Below the pieces are notes generated by a model. That model had not been told where the DNA came from, made no database searches, and worked only from the letters and a program-made list of their open reading frames with translations. Shown one piece after another: positions 27,201 through 37,055 of a stretch of DNA of 64,000 nucleotides. How positions within the stretch are numbered: the first letter of the stretch is position 1; every line of letters starts with the position of its first letter. The stretch spans positions 96,001-160,000 of the forward strand of contig OZ220741.1 in NCBI GenBank assembly GCA_965116885.1, read 5' to 3'. The stretch comes from Candidatus Latescibacterota bacterium. Its GTDB lineage: Bacteria; Latescibacterota; UBA2968. The position numbers were made by a program, and so were the translations under genes.

Positions 27201-28325
27201 AGACTCTCGGATTTACCGCAGATAAAAGCCGATTTTTCACGCCCCGAACTATTTAGTTTTAAGACGCCTATAGAAGTGGAAATTCGCGGTTATGATTTGC
27301 CAACATTGACCCAATTAGGACGCGAGGCCGAGCGGGTGATGAGCGAAATTCCCGGACTTTACGATGTAAAATCGAGCCTTCAGCGCGGCAATCCGGAAGT
27401 GCAAATCGTCTATAAGCGCGACTTGTTGGCAAAATACAACTTAAATGTGCGTCAGGTCGCCTCGCTGGTGCGCGAAAAAGTACAGGGCAATGTGGTAACG
27501 CGATTTCGAGAAGCCGACCGGCGCATTGATGTACTGGTGCGCGTAGATGAGGCTGACCGCGCCGGAGTAACTGAGTTGCGTCGGCTGGTGGTGAACCCGG
27601 GGCGACAGCAAGTGCCCATTCGCCTATCTTCAGTGGCCAACATCGAAGTACACGAAGGACCCAGTGAAATTCGGCGCATAGATCAACAGCGCGCGGTTCT
27701 GATTTCGGCCAATGTGAGCGGTATAGATCTGGGAACAATGACCGCTATGATTCAGCAGACATTGGAAACAATGGAAGTCCCTCAGGACGTATCGATGGTC
27801 ATTGGCGGACAAAACAAGGAAATGGAGACATCGTTGAACAGTTTGACCTTTGCATTGGGTCTTGCAATTTTTCTCGTGTACATCGTAATGGCCTCCCAAT
27901 TTGAATCATTCCTCCATCCATTCGTAATTATGTTTAGCATCCCGCTGGCACTGATTGGCGTAATAGTCATTCTATTTCTCACCGGCATACCTCTCTCAGT
28001 CGTGGTCTTTTTGGGCGTTATCATGCTGGCGGGCATTGTCGTGAACAATGCCATTGTGCTCGTAGATTATATCAACCACCTGCGGCGCAGTGGTCTGTCC
28101 AAATTGGAAGCAATTGTCCAGGCTGGCGAAGTGCGGTTGCGCCCCATCTTGATGACCACATCGACAACCGTGCTGGGATTATTGCCCATGGCACTCGGCC
28201 TGGGCGATGGCGCAGAAATCCGCACGCCAATGGCCATCACCGTCGTCGCCGGGCTAATCAGTTCCACCATTTTAACACTGGTAATTATTCCAACGGTATA
28301 TTCTCTAATGGACCGCGGCGAATGA
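24285..28325 (+). CDS. RND efflux permease (AcrB family) with a large central insertion, 1346 aa
   Basis: NIMSLGGLALGIGMLVDNAIVVLE, STLTTVAVFFP, GIVVNNAIVLVD, RLRPILMT. Confidence 0.95.
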   Translation: MQNNVESETRDNIKRNFSRTFEITTRRPVAIFMVVLAVAVFGYVSYQQLPLNMMPDISYPTLTVRTEYPDTAPEEVENLISRPIEQRLGVVSNLVSITSISRPGMSDVILEFGWDTDMNDAVQTVRENLDRLNLPRGVNRPLILRYDPTQDPIMRVGIYGNENMYVLRHLAEEEIKQELEALKGVAAARVKGGLEEEIRVEISERQLALMGLNINTINRRLQEENVNLAGGSLLDGQTQYLVRTLNEFRTIDEIANLVVGDRNNIEIRVKDVGQVYRTHKEREIITRVNGVESVEIEIFKEADANIVATAQRVRDRLFGTPEQLAYIEKLKAGEIEEAKANDRREQVRQFVQMKEMTSFIAFTLPEDVAMELLSDQSTFIESSINEVKQTAVVGGLLAILVLYIFLRNPSHTAIVGLAIPISIVATFAPMNIFGVSLNIMSLGGLALGIGMLVDNAIVVLESIFRCREEGDDMIAATIRGTGEVGGAVFASTLTTVAVFFPIVFVEGVAGQIFGDMALTVVFSLLASLGVALFFIPMLASRQVHLSRGDGEGQGGRLMQSEVLQLRSVAWLLEGMGLKNRDENALQYHAMNSRTLLMRVPIGFIYLLVEYVIRTLWLASVIALVALKAVFTVLAVLLYPIIYPGWGFYSWLGSGPLWRQEINRLWGPLCAWAEDRDLFGKAWVRIIWDNLLAFVTPQNLGRDLSVQTKWTGRTLKRLFRWILKRAIWKRVLEIAPVLLGAAGVLLLFVLGAVYFLLRFLIFTTLILIGKILILTLMFVFLTGLVALLLVALVLLPLLAPVLFLFERGFATIRRAYTPFIRWALHNRLSIIAGAVVPFAICWMVLLPRLGNELIPQVHQGEFNVDIGLPVGTPLEMTDETLKLIESRVMNAYDVGAVSSTVGVDKTDIASSDQGEHTGVVSVVLEDIETEGRENVLASWGQDLLTLPTRIWGGISGESVLAQREDALMADLRSRLSDLPQIKADFSRPELFSFKTPIEVEIRGYDLPTLTQLGREAERVMSEIPGLYDVKSSLQRGNPEVQIVYKRDLLAKYNLNVRQVASLVREKVQGNVVTRFREADRRIDVLVRVDEADRAGVTELRRLVVNPGRQQVPIRLSSVANIEVHEGPSEIRRIDQQRAVLISANVSGIDLGTMTAMIQQTLETMEVPQDVSMVIGGQNKEMETSLNSLTFALGLAIFLVYIVMASQFESFLHPFVIMFSIPLALIGVIVILFLTGIPLSVVVFLGVIMLAGIVVNNAIVLVDYINHLRRSGLSKLEAIVQAGEVRLRPILMTTSTTVLGLLPMALGLGDGAEIRTPMAITVVAGLISSTILTLVIIPTVYSLMDRGE

Positions 28326-28512
28326 CCAGCCCCCAGCCCTACTGAACTCCCCGAAAATTTTTTTCAATTGACTTTTGATAACTTTCCATTTTCTTAAACA
28401 CTTGAAATTTTTTGTGGCAAGTAAGCAAATACCCGGTAACTTTTTGGGCGTTTTTTCGTCTAACCCTTGTAACAACGATAGTCACCCTATTTGCCGAAAC
28501 ATGGAGAATTGA

Positions 28513-29886
28513 ATGATGCGTTTTAGATATATCGCAGTATTGGCAATAATCTTTGCCCATGTGAATACAAGTGCCCAAGAAGAGCGCAGAGAAATGCGCC
28601 TGACGCTAAATGAGTGTGTGGAGATCTCGCTGACGAGCAGTGCCCAAATTGAGCAATTTAAGTACACAGTTGCGATTGCTGAGACCCAGGTAGATAATGC
28701 GCGGAATAGTTTCTTCCCGACCAATTCGACCATGTCATGGAATATCAGCAGACAGGTTCAAGGACCTCGTGAGGGGCAAGTTCTGGATCAGACAACCGGT
28801 ACTCTGGTGCAGTTATTGGGGGAAGACCGCATTACCGGTGGACAGAATTTCAGGATTGGTGGATTGACAATGCCGATTTATGACGGTCAGATCATCTCCC
28901 AGCTATCGAGTGCGAAAAACAGTCTGATGCAGACGCAAATGCAACAAACTGGCAATCGCCAAACGATCATTTTTCAGACCAAACAGCGCTATTTTCAACT
29001 TTTGCAGACGATTAAACTATTGGAAGTCCAGCAAGAGCGCGTACGAGTATCTGAAGAAAGCCTGCGTCGCGCAGAAACATTGTATGAGATTGGGTCCGCG
29101 GCAATTTTACAGGTGACGAATGCAAGATCGAATCTGGCGGGTTTGCGCGCAACCCTGATTCAGCGAGAAAATGATGTGCGCATCGCCCAGTCGAATCTGG
29201 CATTTACAATGGGTCTGGGCACGGATGTAGATATTATTCCATCAGAAGAAGAGTTTGAACTTCTGTCTCCTCAATATTCAGAGTCTGATGCACTGTCTAT
29301 AGCCCTTAAAGAACACCCCGACATCCTGGACAGCAAGTACGGTATGCTGGCATCCCGAGACACTTATAATGCAACGAGGAAAAGTTTGTACCATCCCAGA
29401 ATAACAATGAACATGAATGCCTATAGCTGGAGTATCGGTAAGGATGAGGAATTTGGCGGTATAGAAGACCTATTCCTCAAGAACTATGGCTATGGTATTG
29501 GTCTCAGTGTGAACATGCCCATTTTTAACTTCAACACGAGCAACAACTTGAAACGCCAAAAGCTACAATACTTGCTCAGCCAGGAGCGGTTAGACCAGGC
29601 CAAACGACAAAAAGCATTAACCATTCGACAGCGCTATCTCAACCTGGAGCGCTTTCGGCGTTTGATTGAAGCGAATGAAGTGGCAGTGGAAGCGGCTGAA
29701 GAAAATTTCAAGCTGGAAGAAGAGCGGTATAATTTTGGCGGGGGAACATTTCTGGAACGATTGACTGCTCAGCGCGATTTGTTTGATGCGCGCAATAATC
29801 TCGTGCAGTCAAAATACAACTATTTGATCGAGATGGCGAATTTGGAAAACGAAGTCGGCACACCTGTTGTCGGAAATCCTGAATAA
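28513..29886 (+). CDS. TolC-family outer membrane protein
   Basis: Signal peptide; two helical repeats (YEIG.../ERYNFG...); follows the RND genes. Confidence 0.88.
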   Translation: MMRFRYIAVLAIIFAHVNTSAQEERREMRLTLNECVEISLTSSAQIEQFKYTVAIAETQVDNARNSFFPTNSTMSWNISRQVQGPREGQVLDQTTGTLVQLLGEDRITGGQNFRIGGLTMPIYDGQIISQLSSAKNSLMQTQMQQTGNRQTIIFQTKQRYFQLLQTIKLLEVQQERVRVSEESLRRAETLYEIGSAAILQVTNARSNLAGLRATLIQRENDVRIAQSNLAFTMGLGTDVDIIPSEEEFELLSPQYSESDALSIALKEHPDILDSKYGMLASRDTYNATRKSLYHPRITMNMNAYSWSIGKDEEFGGIEDLFLKNYGYGIGLSVNMPIFNFNTSNNLKRQKLQYLLSQERLDQAKRQKALTIRQRYLNLERFRRLIEANEVAVEAAEENFKLEEERYNFGGGTFLERLTAQRDLFDARNNLVQSKYNYLIEMANLENEVGTPVVGNPE

Positions 29887-29901
29887 TACGGAGGCGAGTT
29901 T

Positions 29902-30360
29902 ATGGGTATGTTTCATCGAACTGGTATGGGATTGGTTGCGGCTGCTCTGCTCTTGAGCATGGCTGTACCTGCCCAGGCTGTGGGTAAGGACTTTTTGATG
30001 CGATCAAAATTTCACGGCGCGTTAATGTTAGGTCTGGGCGGCGTTCTGGTTAAGCAAGCAGTAGATGCAAAAAAAGAAGCCAATGATGCTTATGATCTTT
30101 ACAAACAAGCCGGCACCTCTGCATTAGCGCGAGAATTTTACGATAATTCCAAGCGCCATGACACCCGCGCCGCAGTATTGGGTGTGGCCGGCGGTGCAAC
30201 CATTCTTTTTGCCGTGCATCTATTTATGAAAGAAGATGAGAGTGGTTTACCGCCTCCGAAGATGGATCGAGGCATCGTGAACATCAAGGGTGTGGCATTA
30301 GATATAAAAGGCGATGTGTTTCAGAGAAAGATGCAGCTACAGTTAAAAAAAGGATTTTGA
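29902..30360 (+). CDS. Hypothetical exported/membrane protein
   Basis: GGAGG RBS, AQA signal cleavage site, two Gly-rich hydrophobic segments, terminal Phe. Confidence 0.7.
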   Translation: MGMFHRTGMGLVAAALLLSMAVPAQAVGKDFLMRSKFHGALMLGLGGVLVKQAVDAKKEANDAYDLYKQAGTSALAREFYDNSKRHDTRAAVLGVAGGATILFAVHLFMKEDESGLPPPKMDRGIVNIKGVALDIKGDVFQRKMQLQLKKGF

Positions 30361-30371
30361 AGAAAAAAAAC

Positions 30372-30412
30372 AAAAAAAGGGTCAATGCTCGCGTGAGCGT
30401 TGACCCTTTTTT
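30372..30412 (+). terminator. Rho-independent terminator
   Basis: AAAAAAAGGGTCAATGCTC-GCGT-GAGCGTTGACCCTTTTTT. Confidence 0.9.
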
Positions 30413-30439
30413 GCATGGTATTTGTGGAGGGCGTTTGAC

Positions 30440-30934
30440 ATGCCGTCGGGTAAGACACATACGCGGATTGATCTTTTTTTCTTAGTGGTCATCATCGGCA
30501 TAGGAGCCTGTTTTTGGGGATCTCTCGTCGAATATTTCGGACGCGATGAAATGGTCGAATACGGAACTGTCTTTGTGATTGCCTATTTATTTGGCACATT
30601 TTTATTATCGCCCGATCTGGACTTAAAGGCCAGTGATCCATTGAAAAACTGGGGGATTTTGCGTTTGCTGTGGCGGCCTTATTCCCATATTTTCAAACAC
30701 AGAGGGCTTTCCCATACGCCGATTGTGGGCACCTTGACCCGCGTGATTTATATTTTCGTGGTGGTGTACGCACTCGCAGCTATGACGAATGCATTCTTTG
30801 ATCTGGGTTGGAAAATGTCGTTTGACGACTTGAAGGACATGGATTTCAAAATCGTGATATGGGCACTTGCTGGGCTGTGTTTGCCCGATCTTTTTCACAT
30901 TTTGGCCGATCACACACTTAAAAACGCCCGTTGA
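30440..30934 (+). CDS. DUF2227-like membrane metal-binding protein
   Basis: MPSGKTH, LSPDLD, HRGLSH and HILAD motifs. Confidence 0.85.
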   Translation: MPSGKTHTRIDLFFLVVIIGIGACFWGSLVEYFGRDEMVEYGTVFVIAYLFGTFLLSPDLDLKASDPLKNWGILRLLWRPYSHIFKHRGLSHTPIVGTLTRVIYIFVVVYALAAMTNAFFDLGWKMSFDDLKDMDFKIVIWALAGLCLPDLFHILADHTLKNAR

Positions 30935-30959
30935 CTTCTGGTTTAGTGCCCCTTATATT
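30931..30959 (+). promoter_or_regulatory. sigma-70 promoter of the M23-bactofilin pair
   Basis: TTGACT-N17-TATATT. Confidence 0.6.
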
Positions 30960-30970
30960 GCACACCCGCT

Positions 30971-31825
30971 GTGCTAAAAACATTGGGAGACATGTTGAAC
31001 TGGCAACGCAAAAACTTTTCTGTGCTGGTCATTCCAGACGATGGCTCGAGAACCCTGAAGTTTAAGCTCAGTTATCACATGCTATTGGGGATAGGTCTGG
31101 GATCGGCCTTTGCGCTGTGTATGGTACTTCTCGGCCTGTTTTTTTTCTGGAGAGCCACGTATTGGAAACACACCGCACAAATGCTTGAACAGGATAATGA
31201 ACGCCTGTACGCCGATGTTACCCGCGTGGAGGAATTGGCGCAAGTGGTAACGCGCATGAAGGTCGAAGAGCAAACACTGCGTTCTATATTGGCCAGTCAC
31301 ACCGGCTTGTCGCCGACACCTGTTGAAGCACGGGACCTTGAGGGGGACTATCCAGTTGCAACGCTATTGGTGCAAAACAAGCCACGTGGTGGTCTGGATA
31401 TGCACTGGGTTCCCGCAATCTGGCCTGTATCCCCTTCTGTTGGATGGGTGGCACGCGAGTTTGAAGCGAGTGACAATTGCGTCAACGGACTATTTCCGGC
31501 GGGCATATTCAAAAACCGTCATTCGGGGATTGATATCGCAGCCAGTGAAGGGACGCCTGTGCAGGCTACAGCCGATGGGCAGGTGACATTTGCAGATTTC
31601 GATCCCGAGTTGGGGTATATGGTGGTTATTGATCACGGTGGAATTTATACGACGCGGTATGGTCACAATCGCACACTGCTGGTCAAAGAAGGAGAGTATG
31701 TCAGACAAGGGCAATACATTGCACTGGTAGGCACCTCAACGCAAAGCCGTGAACCTCATTTACACTACGAAGTTATCGAAGGGGGACGGGCATGCAATCC
31801 GCACGATTTCTTACCTCAAAATTAG
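30971..31825 (+). CDS. M23 metallopeptidase with TM and coiled coil (start may be 30992)
   Basis: HSGIDIAA, YGHN and PHLHYEV zinc motifs. Confidence 0.92.
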   Translation: MLKTLGDMLNWQRKNFSVLVIPDDGSRTLKFKLSYHMLLGIGLGSAFALCMVLLGLFFFWRATYWKHTAQMLEQDNERLYADVTRVEELAQVVTRMKVEEQTLRSILASHTGLSPTPVEARDLEGDYPVATLLVQNKPRGGLDMHWVPAIWPVSPSVGWVAREFEASDNCVNGLFPAGIFKNRHSGIDIAASEGTPVQATADGQVTFADFDPELGYMVVIDHGGIYTTRYGHNRTLLVKEGEYVRQGQYIALVGTSTQSREPHLHYEVIEGGRACNPHDFLPQN

Positions 31826-32268
31826 CGAAGTTGAACAAACAAAACCACGTAGAAGCCATCAATACAATTGTGGGCGAAAGATCGGTTGTGGAAGGGCATT
31901 TTCAGATCGCCGATAGTATCCGAGTAGATGGGACTTTTCGCGGAAAAATCACGTCTTCTGGTTCACTGATCGTCAGTACTCAGGGAGAGGTAGATGCCGA
32001 TTTGATTCAGGTAAAAGATGCGGTTGTTGACGGATGTGTCAAAGGACCTCTGGATGCCTCGCACTCCGTAAGGCTTGGCCCCAGTGCTGAGGTTGATGGC
32101 GACATTACAACTCAGGTGCTGATCGTCGAAAAAGGTGCTGTATTGCGAGGGACATGCGCTGTAGCACCCAATGCTGTGGATATAGAAACGCAGGAAGATG
32201 AAAAAATAGAAGAACAAGAAGATGCGGATATGGAAACGCAGAAGGATGTTGAGCAGGTAGCAGGTTGA
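31792..32268 (+). CDS. Bactofilin (polymer-forming cytoskeletal protein); start uncertain
   Basis: NTIVG...IRVDG.F.G.I...V.GDI...LIVEKGA beta-helix repeats; acidic tail. Confidence 0.9.
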   Translation: MQSARFLTSKLAKLNKQNHVEAINTIVGERSVVEGHFQIADSIRVDGTFRGKITSSGSLIVSTQGEVDADLIQVKDAVVDGCVKGPLDASHSVRLGPSAEVDGDITTQVLIVEKGAVLRGTCAVAPNAVDIETQEDEKIEEQEDADMETQKDVEQVAG

Positions 32269-32283
32269 TCGATACAGCGATAG

Positions 32284-32319
32284 ACAAAAAACGCGCGTTT
32301 ATGACGCGCGTTTTTTTGT
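32284..32319. terminator. Bidirectional terminator between bactofilin and hflX
   Basis: ACAAAAAACGCGCGT-TTATG-ACGCGCGTTTTTTTGT between convergent genes. Confidence 0.85.
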
Positions 32320-32359
32320 TGCCTATCCGAAGAGCTAACCCGCTAATACTGAATCGCAT

Positions 32360-33664
32360 TCAGCACATGATTTGATAGCGACCATTGGGCAAAAGACGCC
32401 GTGCATTGTGTTGACTGAGTTTAACCTCCATTAAAACATCGTTGCCCTTGTAGTCCGTGTGCAAAACTTCGCCAATTCGGTAGAGTTCTGACAGGAGCTT
32501 GCCTTCGCGTTGCGGAATCTGAACCACGAGCGTCAGACGGTCACCCTCAAGATAATTGTAGATCGCCCACCTCAGATCTTCGAGTCCCTCGCCCGTTTCA
32601 GCGGAAAGCCAGACTGCATCGGGATATGTCGCTATTAGATATTCGCGTCGGGTCTGATCGTCTAATAGATCATTTTTGTTAAACACCATCATCGTCGGCC
32701 TGTCGGCTACGTCGAGTTCGCCAAGCACCTCAATCACCGTGGCGATATGTTCTTCACAAGCTGGATGGCTGACATCAACAACGTGGAGCAAAAGATCGGC
32801 TTCAATTGCTTCTTCGAGAGTACTGTGAAAAGAAGCAATCAGATGATGGGGCAGCTTTTTGATAAAACCAACAGTATCGGACAACAGAATATCGCGGTTA
32901 TAACCAAGAGAGACGCGCCGCGTGGTGGAATCGAGGGTAGCAAAGAGCCGATCCTCGATCAATACATCGGCGCCAGAAAGGGCACGCATAAGTGTAGATT
33001 TGCCCGCATTGGTATAGCCGACAAGTGCCGTGCGAAAAATATCGGTACGTTGTTTGCGGGCAACCGCGCGTTGTCTGGCAATGCGCTCAAGTGCTTGTTT
33101 GAGGATGGTAATGCGGCGATTGGTCGCACGTCGATCTACTTCGAGCTGCGTTTCACCCGGTCCGCGCGTACCCACCCCGCCAGTGCCACCAGTACCGCCG
33201 GCCTGCCGCGAAAGATGGGTCCATTGACGGGTCAACCGGGGCAACATATAGATGAGTTGGGCCAACTCGACCTGTGTTTGCGCCTCCCGGGTTCTGGCGC
33301 GGCTGGCAAAAATATCCAGAATAAGTCGGCTGCGATCGATAATTTTAACTTCAAGCAGGGTTTCGAGATTGCGGGTCTGTGCTGGCGAAAGGTCTTCGTC
33401 AAAAATAACAACTTGTGCATGGTGTTCTGCGATCTGTTCGACAAGTTCCTCGGCCTTGCCGCGACCAATCAGGTACGCAGAGTCTCTCTGTCGGCGTTCC
33501 TGAAGCACCTGCACAGCAACATCAACACCCGCCGTATCCGCCAAAAGACCGAGTTCATCAAGCGTGTCTTGTGCTTCATCAAGTGAGATGCCGGGCAGCG
33601 CAAGCCCGACGAGTATGCCCCGCTCAAGCGCGTGTTCTTTTGTGAGATCGTACATATTTGCCAT
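32360..33664 (-). CDS. hflX: GTPase HflX
   Basis: GTRGPGETQLE, GYTNAGKSTL, LFATLD, DTVGFI, NKND. Confidence 0.97.
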   Translation of the reverse strand: MANMYDLTKEHALERGILVGLALPGISLDEAQDTLDELGLLADTAGVDVAVQVLQERRQRDSAYLIGRGKAEELVEQIAEHHAQVVIFDEDLSPAQTRNLETLLEVKIIDRSRLILDIFASRARTREAQTQVELAQLIYMLPRLTRQWTHLSRQAGGTGGTGGVGTRGPGETQLEVDRRATNRRITILKQALERIARQRAVARKQRTDIFRTALVGYTNAGKSTLMRALSGADVLIEDRLFATLDSTTRRVSLGYNRDILLSDTVGFIKKLPHHLIASFHSTLEEAIEADLLLHVVDVSHPACEEHIATVIEVLGELDVADRPTMMVFNKNDLLDDQTRREYLIATYPDAVWLSAETGEGLEDLRWAIYNYLEGDRLTLVVQIPQREGKLLSELYRIGEVLHTDYKGNDVLMEVKLSQHNARRLLPNGRYQIMC

Positions 33665-33676
33665 ATACTGTCCTAT

Positions 33677-34177
33677 CTAAATCGTCTTAAAATTCGGCCT
33701 TATAATAGACGCAATCTCTTCCGCCCGTTCCCATGACACGGTCACCTTCTGCTTCATACTCCCATCTTTAGGCTGTAAGGTAGCGATATGAGGTGGTCCA
33801 CTCCCCCAGGTGCTCGACTTACGCCGAGGTACAACGTGCATGTGAAAATGCGGCACCTCTTGCAAACTGGCCACGCCGTTATTCTGATAGATCGTAATCC
33901 CATCCGGATTGAAAGTTTTAACAAGTGCTTCTGCCGCTATTCGAACCGTCTTCATAATTTCACCAGCCTCTTCATCCGTCAGATCCAATATCGTCGGCGC
34001 GTGGCGGCGAGGGATAACGAGAAGCTGTCCGATTTCAAACTGCCTGGGATTGAGCAACGCAAGCGTCTTTTCAGTCGAATAAATAACATGCCTGTTTTCA
34101 CCGCGTCCAGCAACTCTTTCACAAAATGGACAGGGATCCAACATCGGCATCTCAAATGCGGCAACAGTATCACTCAT
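33677..34177 (-). CDS. HIT-family nucleotide hydrolase
   Basis: CPFC, QEVPHFHMHVVPR histidine triad. Confidence 0.92.
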   Translation of the reverse strand: MSDTVAAFEMPMLDPCPFCERVAGRGENRHVIYSTEKTLALLNPRQFEIGQLLVIPRRHAPTILDLTDEEAGEIMKTVRIAAEALVKTFNPDGITIYQNNGVASLQEVPHFHMHVVPRRKSSTWGSGPPHIATLQPKDGSMKQKVTVSWERAEEIASIIRPNFKTI

Positions 34178-35105
34178 TTTTCTCCTCATCTATCAAATAT
34201 TTTTTATTCTCTCGTCCCCAGTGCTTTTGTCGCACCAGCGGCATCCAGCCAAACCGATTGTAGAACCTTCCCGCGCCTGCTTTTTCGTCCTCTCGCGCTA
34301 CAGACAGCACGACCCGGTCGCACTTAGCCAATCGTAGCCATTCAACAGCGTGACGGACAACCCACGAACCGAGTCCCTTATTTCGCATTGATTCGTTCGT
34401 TTCTACCTCCGAAAGCTCAGCCCATCCCGCTAATGCGGGCAACTGGCCGCCTTCAGTGAGATCTGAAATACATTCACAATGCGCAACATCTCGCCCTTCC
34501 CACCGCGCGACAAACCGGGTACCGAATTCCCCCACATCGCGATGAATCGTTACACCTCTTATTGGCGTCTCGCCAGGAGAAGAGATACCATTCAGCGCAC
34601 CACCATAGACGGATTCGTCAACTTCTTCATTCGCTGAATAACCAAATTGTTCCATCAAACCGATTATATGCGGCCAGACATCCGGCACCCCCACGCAAAC
34701 CGGTACCGCCAGACCATTCCCCCAGATCTTCTCTTCCGTGACCTGCCAGGCGTCCATTTGGCATCGGCACGCCTTCAGAACTGCTGCTCCAGCTTCACCC
34801 TCTCCTGGACGGAACAAAAACCAGGCTATATCTCCAACGCCCTTCCAGCGCGTGTCGTCGCCGTATCGGAGCAGATGCGCCGCCGCGCAAACGCGATCAC
34901 TGACGATCCCAACAATGGACTTTCTCTCGACAACCCAGGGATCAACAATAGCCTCCCGCGGATACCTCTTCAAGTGCTCCCAAAAGTAATCAGATGTCAA
35001 ACTCCACCCGGGTGCCACAGTGCTGAGATGACTATTCACAAGATCCATGACCTGGGGCAGATGAAAGCGATCAAGTGGTGCTATTTGTACCATACGCAAT
35101 CCCAC
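34170..35105 (-). CDS. Tandem-domain GNAT acetyltransferase (start uncertain)
   Basis: C-terminal MRNKGLGS and FYNRFGW motifs. Confidence 0.8.
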   Translation of the reverse strand: MGLRMVQIAPLDRFHLPQVMDLVNSHLSTVAPGWSLTSDYFWEHLKRYPREAIVDPWVVERKSIVGIVSDRVCAAAHLLRYGDDTRWKGVGDIAWFLFRPGEGEAGAAVLKACRCQMDAWQVTEEKIWGNGLAVPVCVGVPDVWPHIIGLMEQFGYSANEEVDESVYGGALNGISSPGETPIRGVTIHRDVGEFGTRFVARWEGRDVAHCECISDLTEGGQLPALAGWAELSEVETNESMRNKGLGSWVVRHAVEWLRLAKCDRVVLSVAREDEKAGAGRFYNRFGWMPLVRQKHWGRENKKYLIDEEKNE

Positions 35106-35135
35106 AACTTTGAACTCATAGACGTGTCTCCATTT

Positions 35136-35609
35136 TCACCGCAATGATTTCTCATAAGAAACAATGGTCATCCTATCATTGATCTCTCGTGTAACACCAG
35201 TTCTCCTATAGCCCATTTTCTCATAAAAATAACAGTTACCTTCCTCTTGTAGAATCGTCTCAAGCTCCCAGCACTTCGCATCAACAACATCCTCAACGAG
35301 CGCGACGGTATCCTGGCCATATCCCTTCCCCTGATGCTCTGGGATGATAAACATGGGACTAATTCTCGCTCGTCTCACCTCGTCATCGTAGATAATTCTG
35401 ATTGCTCCGATTCCCACGCCGTCAAGCATAATGAAGTAATAAGTGGTATGGGGCTGCTTTAATCTGTTGATAACTCTTTCAACATCTTCATTGGCTGGAT
35501 TAGTCTCGTAATCCCGATACTTGCGAAGCAGTGGCAAAAATGACGCAACCTGAAGCTGGTGAATAGCTTCCGCATCTCTAATAGATGCTCTTTTTAGACT
35601 AATCCGCAT
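35136..35609 (-). CDS. GNAT acetyltransferase
   Basis: PEHQGKGYG, FYEKMGY. Confidence 0.9.
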   Translation of the reverse strand: MRISLKRASIRDAEAIHQLQVASFLPLLRKYRDYETNPANEDVERVINRLKQPHTTYYFIMLDGVGIGAIRIIYDDEVRRARISPMFIIPEHQGKGYGQDTVALVEDVVDAKCWELETILQEEGNCYFYEKMGYRRTGVTREINDRMTIVSYEKSLR

Positions 35610-35613
35610 AAAT

Positions 35614-36159
35614 TCACCTATTTTTCCGCGTCTCCCATTCATCACGCAATAACCCACACCACACCATGTTTTTAAATTCGCCCCTCAGATAGATATCCTG
35701 GCGCAGAACACCTTCACGGACCATGCCGAGCTTCTCCATGACCCGGAGAGAACCCACATTTCTCTCATCGGCACAAGCGCGAATGCGATTTAAATCTGGA
35801 TAGGCCGAAAACGATTCGTCGATAACAGCATCCGCGGCTTCCGTAGTCAGTCCTTTTCCCCAAAAGCACCGGGCAATGCTATAACCCATTTCGCCAACGC
35901 GATTATCAAAATTAAACCCAATATTGATTCCACCAATAACAGAACCCGCGTGTTCAATCGCCCAGGATGCGCGTGTTTTGCGATCCTGCAACACTTGACC
36001 TGCTACAAATTTTTCGGCATCTGCTCTCGTGTAGGGTTGGGGAACCGGAAGAAAGTGCGCCCATTCCGGATCAGATGCATACAACAGGACATCTTCAACA
36101 TCCACAAGGCTAAATACTCTGAGTATCAACCGATCCGTTTTGATATGTTCAGACAGCAT
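35614..36159 (-). CDS. RimJ/RimL-type GNAT acetyltransferase
   Basis: TDRLILR, WGKGLTTEA, NVGSLRVMEKLGM.REG. Confidence 0.92.
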   Translation of the reverse strand: MLSEHIKTDRLILRVFSLVDVEDVLLYASDPEWAHFLPVPQPYTRADAEKFVAGQVLQDRKTRASWAIEHAGSVIGGINIGFNFDNRVGEMGYSIARCFWGKGLTTEAADAVIDESFSAYPDLNRIRACADERNVGSLRVMEKLGMVREGVLRQDIYLRGEFKNMVWCGLLRDEWETRKNR

Positions 36160-36178
36160 TTTCAGATCTCTTTTTTAG

Positions 36179-36811
36179 TCAGAGCACATCCTCATTCAGC
36201 CACCTGAGAAAACTCTCGTCATTGGTGTACTCATAGGCAAACCCACCACAACCTCTGAACAACTCTGGCTCCTTGCTGCCATCTTCGATTAAGAGGCTAT
36301 TTCCATAGTGAATATCATCTCCCAGCGCCTTAAATGCAATGGGCCAGAGTACGCGCTTATCGAATTCTCCGTAATCGGAAGAATTGATAATCACATCAAA
36401 TTTCTCGTCCAATCTATGCGCTGGAACAACGACATCTGAAAAAACATCCATATTGGCAGTTACAATCGCGGTTCGTCTCCCTTGACTTCTCTGCGCCAGT
36501 GCGAAATTCAAAACTGCCTCGTTAAAGTCAAGATCCCTGCATCCCAACTCCATAGTTTTCAAAACCGCGGAAATATCCATATTTGCGTGATCGGAGACAA
36601 TGGCCGCAATATCTCTAAGACCCAGGGCATTCGTCATCCACATCCTGCAGACATGCCGATTGGCGAACACCTGTTCTTGAATAATATCATGCCACTCGGG
36701 ACATTCTGGCGGAGCTACCTTGAAATAGAGATCCGAAGACAACGTAAAACCAAAATCAAAAACAATACACTTGATTGATTCGTACATCTGCATGCGATTT
36801 AGTCTCTCCAC
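36179..36811 (-). CDS. HAD-like hydrolase
   Basis: IVFDFGFTL (motif I variant), IVTAN, LLIED. Confidence 0.75.
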   Translation of the reverse strand: MERLNRMQMYESIKCIVFDFGFTLSSDLYFKVAPPECPEWHDIIQEQVFANRHVCRMWMTNALGLRDIAAIVSDHANMDISAVLKTMELGCRDLDFNEAVLNFALAQRSQGRRTAIVTANMDVFSDVVVPAHRLDEKFDVIINSSDYGEFDKRVLWPIAFKALGDDIHYGNSLLIEDGSKEPELFRGCGGFAYEYTNDESFLRWLNEDVL

Positions 36812-37055
36812 TTATCACGTGGATGGGCCTGGAAGTTAAATTCTCCTCTATTGAGCGCCTCATCGAATTGAATATTTGCCAAAACCGATTATGCAAAGTA
36901 TCTTCCTTACCATTACAAATGACTTCCTTTATGTGAACTTCTGTTCGCCTGCTCGATCCAGTTGGGAAGATGCAAAACCAGATCATTCATTATCCTCTCT
37001 GTATTTTCTACATAAATCTGCACATTGCCTCTATCTACAAATAGGGATTCAATTT

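Noticed and set aside
35093..35130. Out-of-frame ATG at 35119 with a good RBS, suggesting a frameshift in the GNAT gene
   Set aside because: In-frame starts exist at 35105 and 35093; cannot be decided without homologues.
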